This document shows, in pieces, positions 1 to 12,300 of a DNA stretch of 64,000 nucleotides. The translations under genes were made by a program, and so were the position numbers. The number at the start of each line of letters is the position of its first letter. The stretch's first letter is position 1. The stretch is taken from positions 12,152,001 to 12,216,000 of the forward strand of contig CP075492.1 in assembly GCA_021613535.1 (NCBI GenBank). The letters run 5' to 3'. Below the pieces are notes generated by a model, which saw nothing but the letters and a program-made list of their open reading frames with translations, had not been told where the DNA came from and did not search any database. Source of the stretch: Adineta vaga (lineage: Eukaryota > Animalia > Rotifera).

Positions 1-43
1 AAGAACAAAGAACTTGAAGTTGAGAACGATTTCGTATATTTAG

Positions 44-3000
44 ATACCAATTGTTAATCTTTGTGGTAATGTTAGTTGGGTAGCAACGAAATTCTTATTG
101 GAAAAATTTCCTCAATTTGCTCGATTACTTGATAAAAAAGCTTTACAAGCTGTTGAACAACAACGTATTACATACTTACAAACTAAAGAATCTTCATTAA
201 CAAAGTAAATCTTTTTGATAACAAATCATTTGCATAGATTTTTATTTTTATCCTTTTCAGTCTTAAGTAAGAGATACTAATAAGCATGTTTTTATATTGT
301 AACATGGGAGCTTCTTCTTTTTACTTTCACTCCTTGCATGTTTCGTTATTACACTCGAAGAAAAATAGCAACAATTCATTGAATAATTTTATTCTCTGTA
401 TATATTTAGAGATCTACAACGAAGTTATCTCGATGTTTTAACCTGGCTTGTACGAATGGAATCAACAGTAACAACCGATGATGCAAATGAAACTGCATTA
501 ATTAATGATGTTCTAAAGAAAACATCATTATTGAATCATGTATGTCATTTGACGTAAATAAATTTTTCGTTCACGAAAATTTTCGTATTCTTAGGGTCTA
601 TTTCATGCATATACATTATCACATACGATTAAAACTTTAATTGGTCTTCATTCAACACTTCGATTGCCTATGAAATCGGAATGTATGCTTGTTATTTATC
701 GTTATACAGAATTATTAAAAGTTATTGAATCAACTTATCATCGACATGCAATGGCTATTGCACCCTATTTTAATTCTATCATGCAATTTCATTCTCAACG
801 TTTGCTAAAAATTATTGCTATTGCAAAAGTAAACTAGTTTTTTATTTGACATGTATTTGTTTATGTTGAATTTTCTATAGAAACGAATTTCAATTGTAAC
901 AGATAAACGATTTACTGACAAACAAGTCGATGTACTTGCTGCACTTGTTCTAGCAGAATCATGTTTAAATGGACCTTGTAAGTTTGTTCATTATTTATTT
1001 ATTCGATTTCTATTCGATTTGTTTTAGGTACGAAAGAACGTTTGTTGATATTTCGATTAGCATTTTCATTTGGTTCTCGATTGGTATAATTCTTCTATTC
1101 TGAATCGATAATTTCCAATGATTCTCTTTTCATTCATTATAGAAAACTTGTCGAGATGAAGAAATGGTGGCTATTGAAGAGGCATTACGCAAATTAGAAA
1201 CATTAGCTGCATTTTCAGAAAAGTAATTGCTAGATTTAATGATTTCTTCATCTTAGTTTTGTATAGACTTTATGCGGCTTGTGATACGACATTTATCTAT
1301 TGGGAACAAAGTTCATTTCGATTGTATTTACAAGATTTATTTCTAACAGTTCGAGATCCACATCGATTACACGTGAGATTTGATTGATTTTGAAAACGAA
1401 AAAAAAAAGAATTATTGTCATCGTTTCTAGTTCATATTTACTGCACTTCGTGATTGTGTTCCATCATTACGAGCGATTCGTCATGATAAACCACAGAAAT
1501 TGATCACTACATATAAGAATGAAATTATGAAAATGTTCGATCAAGTTAGTATAAAAACAAGCAATATTTGAAAGAGAAAGACAAAGAATTTCAATTTAGT
1601 GTTTTCTCCAAGAACTATTCAAAACAATTGAAGATGACCTGCGTTGTTTATGTCATGCACATTTAGAAGTTGGTGATCGAAGTGTGTTTCGATCGAGTTT
1701 TAAAGATGTTACACCATTTCTGGATGTTAAACCCATTCGATGTTTTGATGAATTTATTAGTATAAAAGGTAAGAAGATTGAATTCAAAACGTCTGATCTT
1801 CATCGATCGATTCGTTTTAGGAGCGGTAGAAAGTTATTTAGATAAGATTTTCTATGATTATACAACAGCATCATCAACCGATTGGAATACATATTCAGAA
1901 ATGCGAAATTTAGCATCACAAAAATATGGATTAGATTTACATGAACCGCATTTACCAAGTAAAACCCTTGAACAAGTAAGAATAACATCGACTTTCTTTT
2001 TCGTCAAATAAAATGAATATTATTATCAACTGTAGGGTTGTGATGTCCTTGATATTCTTCGTAATTTAAATGCATTTGTCTCTCAACATTATTATAATAT
2101 CAATACACAAATGTTTATTGAACGATCGAGTAACAATAAATTTCTACGTACAACAAATATTCGTCATGTTGCTAATTCAATTCGTACACATGGTATTGGT
2201 ATTATGAATACAGCTGTAATTTCACTTTACTTTTTATTTTTTACAAAATGTTCATTTTCAAATGATTTTGTTTCAGGTTAATTTCACTTATCAATACCTT
2301 CGACAAAAATTCTATATGTTTTCACAATTCTTATTTGATGAACATATTAAAAGTCGTTTGATGAAGGATATTAAATATTTTAAAGAAAATAAAGATCGAT
2401 TAAATCAACGAGTACGTATATATATTTCAAATTCTCATATGGATATATTCATAAATTGATTTGTTTAGTATCCCTTTGAACGAGCGAAGAAATTCTTTAT
2501 TAGTATCAGAAAATTAGGTGTTACACCTGATACAAATGAAACTTATCTGGATCAATTTCGACAATTAATTGGTCAAATAGGTAAGGATTACAGAACAGAA
2601 ATTTAATAAACTGTTTCATAAATTAAGGAAATGCGATGGGCTATGTTCGAATGATTCGTTCAGGTGGTTTGAATACATGTTCAAGTTCAATAAGATTTGT
2701 ACCGGACTTTGAAAATATTATTTCGTTTGAAGAATATACAAGCAAAGCAAATTTACCGCATGAAACAGTTAGTGCTTCGAAGTAAGCTATTCTCGTTTAC
2801 GCTTAGTGACTAAAAAACAAAGTAAAGAGCGTGTTTTCGTTTGTCGAAAGTTGCACTTTGTATGTTTACAAAAGACAAGAGAATGACGATTAGTTAAATA
2901 TAATCGATTGTTGGGAAAAAAACGCGTAATTTTGTTTTTTTCGTTTTGATTTGTAATTCACATGTCTGTATTAACAAGACTCTAGTTGATCGTGAATGTT

Positions 3001-4141
3001 GTGAAATCTTTTTTTTGAAATTTTAAATGAATCTTCTTTATTGTTTGTATTTAGACATTTAGATGATGTGATATCCAATTTAGTTAAAAATTTTACAGAA
3101 GGAACGGAATATTTCAAAATCTTAGTTGATGTCTTTTCAAATGAATTTCGTGGAAAGAAAAATTTACATTTGAAAAATTTCTATGCTATTGTACCACCAT
3201 TAGTACGTATATAGAAAATCACATTGTATTTCATATTTCTAATGCAAATGATTCTTTTTCTAGACGCTCAGTTTCGTTGAACATATTAAAGGATTGAAAG
3301 ATAATTTAACGAAAAAATCTAAAATGAATGCATCATTTACTGATGATGGATTTGTTATGGGTAAGAACTGATTTTGATTGAATATTCACCGCTTGTTTTG
3401 TTTTAGGTGTTGCGTATATCTTGAAATTATTAGATCAATATCGAGATTTTGATTCTTTACATTGGTTTGAAGCTGTAAGAGAAACATCGCTTGCCGAAAG
3501 AGTAAGATGAGAAAGTTTTCAGAGTTAAAAAAGGACGTTTATTCTTTTCTTGATGAATATAGACTGATGTAATCAATAAATCAAGAACTAGTACGGAAGA
3601 GAATGTGAAAAAAGCTTTGAATGCTTCAATGAAAAGAATCGAAAATGATCAACTGGTTTGTATAAAACTAACGCTATTAGAGCATTTTATTTTCTATTTA
3701 GAAATCTCAGAGATATAGATGATTGCTTTTTCTTTTCTTTTAGGAATTTGATTTACTCAATTACAGTTTACGTTCGGCGAGAATATTTTTTCGTGCTGAT
3801 AAAACAGCCGAAGAAGATAAACGTATGTTATTAGCTCAAAAACATTAGCTCTTTTTTTGCTGCTCATACATTCCTATTTCTATCTTATTGTTGATTAAAT
3901 AAGGTAAGAAATCATACATACAGAATATATTGTACTATTAATTTTCATTATTCTAGAATCATCAATAGCTGAAATCGAAACACGTGTACAAACAGAAACA
4001 GTACCCGTTACAACTGAAGTACCTCCTGTCACCGGTAGTGCACCACCACCACCACCACCGCCGCCGCCGCCCCCAGCAATGTCTACGGGTGCTCCTCCAC
4101 CACCTCCACCACCTCCTCCTCCGTTCTTCATGACGAATTGA
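44..4141 (+). CDS. WASHC4: WASH complex subunit 4 (SWIP/KIAA1033), 5'-truncated by the window, many short exons, C-terminal polyproline tail
   Basis: Spliced translation gives motifs typical of WASHC4: [85 protein letters not shown]. Stop TGA at 4139-4141. Confidence 0.93.
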
Positions 4142-4338
4142 TCATATATATCATTTCGGACATAATAGATATCTTCATTTTTTTTCCAAATCTTTTTTCA
4201 TAAAACTTAATTAACCGGTGATTTTAAAAATCGATTCCTATTGATGATTTGTCTATATGTAATTTTCCTATATAATATATTTAATTTATTCGTTTGTACT
4301 TCTAGAAGAATATTTGCTCAAATTTAGATCTGAATTTG

Positions 4339-5730
4339 ATGAATTACTTTACCTGTACCATTATTATTGTAAGTCTTTTGTTCATCTCATCTAATATTTA
4401 ATTTTGACTATGTTTATATTTTTCAGATTGTATCAATTTCTATCTCAGCTGTTAGTACCGATAGTTGTCCAGAAGCACAATGTAAATGTTCACAAGATCT
4501 GACTGTTGTTAATTGCGATTCTAAGCCATCGTTAAACTTAAGCAACATTGAATTTCCTTCAGAAGTTGTTACTTTAACATTGATAAATGATCGACTTAAA
4601 TTTGATACAAGTAAGTACTTTCCTGCCATATCCTTTCTAATTCAAATTTTATTCTTCATCATAGGTGCTGATCGTTCGAAGATTGCAAATCTGTCCCGTT
4701 TGCAAGATCTCAGTCTTAATCACAATCCGCTGACTATTATTCCCTCATTCAATATCAGTAGTCTTCGTTCACTTTCATTACAAGATACTTCTTTAACATC
4801 GGTAGAATTTCCTCCATCATACTCGAGTTCAATTCTTCAAACTGTTATTCTAAGTGATAATAAAATTCGTTCGATAGCATCAACTGATTTTGCCGTTTTA
4901 AAAAATACCAAAACAAAAAGATTACATATCGATAGTGCTAGTCTAACTACAATCGATCAAAATGCTTTTACTCCATTAAGTCAACTTCAATCTTTATCAT
5001 TGAATAAGAATCAGTTAAAATCGTGTGACTTCCTATCAACACTTCGTGTTCTTTCTTCAATTAAACTTGACGGAAATATTTTTACTTCTCTTCCTCAACA
5101 ATTATCAACACCAAATGATATAAAAATATTCTCATTCAAAAACAATAATATCTCAATTATTGATGAATCATCATCATTATTTGTATGGCAAAAGAAGAAT
5201 TGGACGAATATGCGAGTTTATTTAGAGAAGAATCCTTTGATTGCTGTCAGTCATTGTGGTTCGTTCGTTTTTTGAAAATATCACCAAATCTTGTTGCTGA
5301 TGCATTATCATTAACATGTGTCACGCCATCAAGTTATGCTGGTAAAAAACTCATAGATCTTGATCCAAATTCGATGAATTGTGGAGGAGTTCAACCCGAA
5401 AAGTCATGGTGGACAACACAAAGAATTATAACTGTTTCTGGTGGAGGATCATTCGTAGTTTTAGTAGCTATTGGTTTTATTGTTATTTGGATTCGTCAAC
5501 GTCCATCTCGCACAGGTTATACAGAAATCGAAGGAGTAAATGAATCATTCCTAAATGCACCTCCTCCATCATCACCCAGTGAGCTTCCATTTCCACCACA
5601 CGGAGAGGATGAGACTGATGATGCTGTATCGTCATATTCTACTGCTCCTACGAGATACACAAATGCATCAGAAGCACGAACATTTAGTACTGTTGTTGGT
5701 GTTTCAGTACATGATGACAAATGCGTATAG
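4339..5730 (+). CDS. Type I transmembrane leucine-rich repeat protein (signal peptide, LRRNT, LRRs, LRRCT, TM, cytoplasmic tail), with a 1-nt frameshift near 5236
   Basis: ATG 4339; introns 4369-4426 and 4611-4663; CPEAQCKC N-cap; LxxLxLxxN repeats. The LRRCT NPFDCCQSLWF is split across the 4580 and 5185 ORFs. Hydrophobic segment FVVLVAIGFIVIWI. Confidence 0.85.
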
Positions 5731-6093
5731 AAATAACGATAAAAAAAAACATTCACTTTGTAGTTTTCAGCCAATTTAACCGGTATTTTATACATTTTTA
5801 TCTCCTAATCTTTTTACTATTTAATCTCGATGAATATTCTGATCTGAACTTGATTTTATCAAATAAAAATCTCGGTGAATTTTTTTATTTACATTCTAAT
5901 CTTGATAATGATTTTGTCTATTAACATAAAAGAATGTTTACATTCAACATATTTCAGTGACGTGTATGAGCGAGAAAGAGAATGAAAATGAAAATAAAAA
6001 TCTAATTACATTATTCATTCATATTTGATGAATTGATTGAAAACAGACTAGAATTTCGAACGATTATTATTACCGATATGATTGTATAGAAAA

Positions 6094-6688
6094 TCAAACG
6101 TCTTCATCAGGTGGGATGACAGCGACGGCAGGTGCTTGAATACTTTTCTTTTTCTTTAATTTCAAACTATCGTTTTGTTGTTCATCGTCTGAAAAAATAT
6201 GATTTTCTGATAGATCATCTTCAGAACAGAGGGAAAATCTCGGATGAGTTTTATCAAATTTTGGTGGATATAAAACATTAGAATTGCTTGAATTCAAACT
6301 TTCATTCAGTTTTGTATCGGATGTTCCATGCCAATAAGTCATTGGACGATCAGATGCATCACTTGTTGAACGTTGACGTTGTTGAAATAGATGATCAGAT
6401 CCAAATCGACTCGATACTTTTTTTTCGAATTTTTTTTGTTCAAATGCTAAGAATTGTAGATTACTTGCTGATTTTCGTCGTTCGACATCAAGAATTCGTT
6501 GATGAGCTACGAGTAAACGATCTTTAGCAACGATATGTTTGGTACGAGTATCCAAAAGACCATTATGACAAGATACAGTACGTTGCGGTGGATGAAAGAA
6601 CTAAAACAAAAAGACAGTTAAAAAATTCTTCATCGTGAATTTTTCTTCTTCTTACTTTACTCGTTAAATCATCTTTAGATTTAGACAT
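6094..6688 (-). CDS. Uncharacterised protein of about 180 aa (basic helical N-half, Ser/Asp-rich disordered C-half)
   Basis: ATG 6688; exon MSKSKDDLTSK; GT-AG intron 6601-6655 joins in frame to the 153-aa ORF. No family recognised. Confidence 0.65.
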
Positions 6689-7759
6689 CGAAATAGTTTT
6701 TTTACTATTACCGATAGTTCATATATATATATATAGAACGATTTCTCTCTCTATTGATTGATCGTTCAGTGCAAAAAAAAAAGAGAAATTAATGTTCTTC
6801 CTACCCGTAGGAACAGCCGTTTAAGTATTGTGACATGTTCTCTCACTCCTGATTGAATTGAATAAGAGTTTTCAGATTATTTCAAAGTTATTCAGTTTGC
6901 AAGAAATTATATATATATTTAAAAACGATGCAAAGAAAGCATCTTTATGAAAGAAGATATATTTGATATCTTTGAATATTAGAAATCAGTCATGCGTAGT
7001 ATATATCCTCTCGTTTCAACAAATAGTTGTCGTTTTCTTCTTAATGCACAAATGTGATAAATGAATGGTGAAGTGATGATTAATGTATAGATGTTCAACG
7101 AATATTAAATATACCAACAGTTTGATTTCAAATTGTCAATTTGTCAACGACGATCAATTTTTTTTACAAGAGAAACACAGGTACAAAATTTGAATTGTTT
7201 CTTTTTTTTCTACTTCATATTTATTCTACTTTTACAATAAAATTAAATATGAACGAAACATTTTTCATCTATCCTACATACACGTTTTTTTGCATATAAA
7301 TACACTTTTCAACTTTGGTATATACTTCATCGTCACAAAAATGAAAATAAAAATAAAAATCTTGTTCTGTTTGTATTTACTATATACTCTTGGAAGAATT
7401 CGATCGAACAAAAGTAACATTGAAAAAAAAAGTAATCAATCGAAATGCGGTCTTTTTTCTTTCTGTTCTTCATACCATTATTGTTGTTCTGTTTTTCTTA
7501 TTCCAGAGTCTAAAGTGCAACCAGATGAGGAGGATAGAAAGAACGCACGATGTCCCGATAGAAAAGAACGTAGTAGAAGGAAAATACTTAGCGACATTTA
7601 GTAGATATATAAGTTATATTGATGTTTTCAACGTAAGATCAACGAATGGAAAAGAGGTGTGTCATTCTGATCGTTTTTTTCTCTCTTTTCTTATTCGACA
7701 TTGTGTCAGAACATATTTTTCATGAAAGTTTTCCTTTTTCAGTATTACATTGTTTACAT

Positions 7760-8719
7760 ATGGCATTGGATTTTGGTTTCGGCTTTGTTGCTGGTGTTAC
7801 CGGTACCATTGCTGGATATCCATTCGATACAGTGAAAGTTCGTCTACAGACACAAACATTAAATCATCGTTTATATTCGGGTTCATTAGATTGTTTTATT
7901 AAAATTGCAAAACAAGAATCAATCTTAGGCTTTTACAAAGGCATGTCATCTCCAATGTTTGGTGTTGCAATTATTAATGGAATTGTTTTTTCTATCCAAA
8001 ATCTTTCGAGAGGACTCTTTAACAATCCAGATTCATATTTAACATTAACAATAACTGGTGCTATGGCTGGTAGTGCACAAGCTTTAATATGTTCACCTAT
8101 TGAATTAGTTAAAACACGTCTTCAAATGCAAGGCATTGGACAACAACGAAAACTATTTGCATTATCAACACATTTATATAAAGGACCATTTGATTGTTTG
8201 AAGAAATCGTATGAACGACGTGGTCTTCGACATGGCGTTCTGCGTGGTTTATCAATGACATTTGCACGCGATATTCCATCATTTGCTGCTTATTTTCCTG
8301 CATGGCAATTTTTTGTGACGAATTTTTCACCGACAGGACACGAAGCGGATATGCCAATGTATATGAGTTTAATTGGAGGTGGTTTTACTGGTGTAGCAGC
8401 GTGGACTGTTTCATATCCATTTGATGTCATTAAAAGTCGTTATCAAGCAGCACGAGAACATGTTTATAAAGATGTTTGGGATTGTGCGGTCAAATCATTT
8501 CGAACAGAAGGATGGCAAGTATTTACACGAGGATTTGTACCATGTACATTACGTGCTATACCAACAAATGCATTTACTTATCCTGTTTATGCATTTTTGA
8601 AACGAACATTCGATAAACCACTTGATGATACTGATGAAACAAATGCTACGAATTCAACAAAAATGACGAATACAACAACAATTTCACCTCCATCGATAAC
8701 TTCAATTCAATCGGTGTAA
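7760..8719 (+). CDS. Mitochondrial carrier, SLC25A29/45/48-like (basic amino acid/carnitine subfamily); coding region intronless
   Basis: Three PxD/ExxKxR repeats (PFDTVKVRLQ, PIELVKTRLQ, PFDVIKSRYQ), plus GFYKGMSSP and RDIPSFAAYF. Probable start MALDF at 7760. Confidence 0.92.
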   Translation: MALDFGFGFVAGVTGTIAGYPFDTVKVRLQTQTLNHRLYSGSLDCFIKIAKQESILGFYKGMSSPMFGVAIINGIVFSIQNLSRGLFNNPDSYLTLTITGAMAGSAQALICSPIELVKTRLQMQGIGQQRKLFALSTHLYKGPFDCLKKSYERRGLRHGVLRGLSMTFARDIPSFAAYFPAWQFFVTNFSPTGHEADMPMYMSLIGGGFTGVAAWTVSYPFDVIKSRYQAAREHVYKDVWDCAVKSFRTEGWQVFTRGFVPCTLRAIPTNAFTYPVYAFLKRTFDKPLDDTDETNATNSTKMTNTTTISPPSITSIQSV

Positions 8720-9309
8720 TTTGAATTCTTTTTCTATTTTTTTGATCGGAAGAAACAAAAAGAAATGTGTGCATGTCAGATGGAGAGTTAGGAGTTTGTT
8801 TTTTCAATTTATTTATTAATGTATAACAATGATCTTGTTTCTTGAATCTCCGTTTACTGTTATTTTATATATAAAAACGTAGATCTTGTAGATCATTAAA
8901 GTAATAATAAAATTAGACAAATTTTATGCATGAAAAAATCACTGATCAACACAGAATATCTATTCTGTGTTCGTTTTTCTTTGCAATGCTGAACAAGAAT
9001 AATTAACTGACTGTATTGTGTCAAGAATTTGAACTACTAATAGATCATTTTCTACAGAGAATGCATAAACTTAGTACGAATATATTTCAAATCGAAATTT
9101 TGCTTTTTAGACTTCGTGATTAGTAATTCCTTTTCTTTTTTTTTCGTCGTAAAGAACGAGTGACTATCACTATTGATTTTCGTCGCCGTCCGTTTCACTT
9201 ATGTCAAATATCTTAGTACGATAAAGACATATATACATATATATCGATGTAACACGAAACTATATATTTACATTTATCATCGGACCTAGTCGGCGTATAC
9301 GATCATAGA

Positions 9310-12300
9310 ATGCATAGAATGATGCGTCAACCGCCGCCGCCTCCGCCTCCACCGCCCCCACTTTCTACTTCAGGATCATCAGCAAAAGTACATCTTTTAC
9401 GAAATTCAGCACGTTTACTAAACGAATCAATTAAAGCTAAGTAAATATAAGATCCATTGAAATCAATTGATTCATTCTCTATTTATCCTAGGAAGAATAA
9501 TACTAATGGAAATAATAATAACAATATGAATAGTAATAAAAATGGTTATTGGTGGGATGTTGCTCATGTCACAAGTCGTCATTATGAGCAAGAACAAAGT
9601 ACAAATAAAGAACGTCGACTGACATTTCGTCGAATTGTTAAAATATGCGTTTATATGATTTTCTTTTGTGTTGTTCTTACATCAGCTGTTGTTAGTAAAC
9701 TTAGTCTATTTACCATGATCAATGCTTATAAAACCATTGAACAAGTTTGTTAATCTATTTTATTATAATCAACTTGTATTCATATCTTGTTTTCTTTCAT
9801 ATTAGCCAAAAGCATATATTATTCGTTGGCAAGTTCTTCTTCTTATAGCAATGGGTATACCATATGTCTTAACATTTATCCACAGTGTACAATTATCCAT
9901 ATTTTTTATCAAACGTTCTCCACCATTTTTTCTAACTCTTTGGGTATGTCATACAAACAACCTTGATATAAATATTTGAATTTCTTTTTACTTTAGGTTC
10001 ATTTTGTTGAAGCTTGTCATACTGCTGGTTTATCGATACTTGTCTTTCGAATTTTACCATCGATTGATAATGTCACTGGTTTATTTATACTCAATGGTGT
10101 TTGTATTATTCCAGCAATCTTAAATGTCTTCTCTTCTCATCGTGGCCTTAATCAAACAATGAAAATACTTACATTAATAACTGATATAGCTACAGTTTTA
10201 ATGCAATTATGTGTTTGTTTTATACCTTCGATACTACCAATGAAAGAGAATATCACCGGTCGACTTCAATGGCAATTACCATTTGCATTATTACTTATTT
10301 CATTTGGTTATTGGGAAAGTTTTACAGAAATACCATTATCGAAAAAACGGTTTTTTACTTGGTTTCATCATGGAATTGGTGCATTGAAGAAATCCCGTCC
10401 AAAAATTTATGTTACAGCTAGTCTTTTGAAATTATTCGTATTAATTTCAACTGCAATTTACTTTTTACCCGAAGGAATTGATCGAAAAATGTATCTACGA
10501 ATCTTTGATTCAATACCTATTGGTTTTCGTGATGCAGCTACTCGACGAGTTCTTGGCGGTGGAATTTTCGATGAACATGAAGATCTTTTTCGTATTACAC
10601 ATGAAGTTTATATTCCATTGGTTGTTCAAGTTCTTTCTTCATGCGTTTGTTATTATACTGGACGTATTGCATGTAAAGTAAGTTGAAATAGTTTGTTATT
10701 TTCTTTAAAAATGAAAAGAAACGTTTGATTTAGGTTTTAATGCAAAGCTTTGGTTTTTCATTACCATTAACATTATCGACATTGATTGCTTATATTGTAT
10801 TATTCTTCAGTCAAGGTTTTAAAAGTAAAAAAGATATTATTGCTCTGGGTCATCTATTCTATCTTGATAAACCACAAGGTAATATTGATATCTATGCAAT
10901 ATGTATTTATTTTCTTATTGAATTATTTCTAGCATTGGGATCTAAACTTGTTATTATTTCATTAATTGGTTTTTTGCTTTTATGGTTATCAAAAATGAAA
11001 ATAACGAGTCATGTTTGGTTTCCCACAACCGAACGTTTAGCAGTGATCTATAAGTTCGTAGAAATATGATTGAAATCTAAATAGAACGATTTCTTTTTCA
11101 ATGTATAGATTATTTGTTCTTCCCTATTACGAACCAGCTATTGTTGAACAAAATTTATTATTAAATAAACGACACAAAGATGAAACAGAAATGAAAGGTT
11201 AGTTAAATATTAGAGATTTGTTGTCTTCATCATTAAGCTTTTTATAGATCAAATTGAACCTGATTTAAGTCTTGAAAGAAAATTTCCAGTACCAATGATA
11301 TATGTTTGTGCAACTATGTGGCATGAAACGACTAGTGAAATGGTACAATTATTAAAATCAATTTTTCGGTACATGAATTTATTTATTTCGTTTTCAAATA
11401 TAATAATTCTACTTTAGTCTTGATTCGGATCAACATGCACGTCGAACTGTTCAGAAAAATCTACGTATTCTTGATCCGGATTATTATCGATTTGAAACAC
11501 ATGTTCTATTTGATGATGCATTTGAAGATGATGAAAATGGAAATCGTGTACCGAATCGTTATGTAAAACAATTAGTTGCTGCCGTAAATGTGGCTGGAGC
11601 GTATGTTGCTATAATTTAGTTATTTCATTTGATTGAATGAATATTTTATGTAGGTACGTTCATGGTGTAGAAAAAGTTGTTGAAGATCCAATTAAAATTC
11701 CAACACCATATGGTGGACGTTTAGTTTGGTTATTACCAGGCAAAAACCGATTGATTGTTCATATGAAAGATAAAAATGCAATTCGACATAAAAAACGATG
11801 GAGTCAAGTTAGTATTTATAATCGATCAGAATTAAACTAAAGTAGAATTCAATTCTCAAATGAAACGATGACTAAATTTGATAGAAATTCTTTGTTGAAC
11901 AAAAATCGAGTTATAAATAAACATTCGAATTGAATAAGCTGAAATTTGTTGTTCTAGGTTATGTATATGTATTATCTATTATCATTCAAATTACTACGTC
12001 GAAAACAAGGTGGACATAATGTTTCACAACATACAACTCGATTAGATACAGAATTTATTGGTTTTAGTGATTTTCTTCGAAATTTACCGGATGATAAAAA
12101 GATCGCTGTATGAATAGAGATATTTTTTTGTTTGTGCAATGAAAACGATCAAAATTTCATTTAGGCTCAAAATACATTTGTTCTAGCACTTGATGGTGAT
12201 GTTGATTTCAAACCAGAAGCAGTTCTATTATTAGTCGATCGTATGCGTAAGAATCCTAAAGTTGCAGCAGCTTGTGGTCGAATTCATCCAACTGGTGATG

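Noticed and set aside
2985-2990. Second AG|TTGATC|GT cassette in the long WASHC4 intron
   Set aside because: It would create an in-frame TGA and its splice sites are weak.
3895-4131. Minus-strand poly-Gly ORF
   Set aside because: It is the antisense shadow of the WASHC4 polyproline exon.
7290-7759. Upstream ORFs and the 38-aa N-terminal extension of the SLC25 ORF
   Set aside because: Composition is UTR- or intron-like, and carrier homology starts at MALDF (7760).
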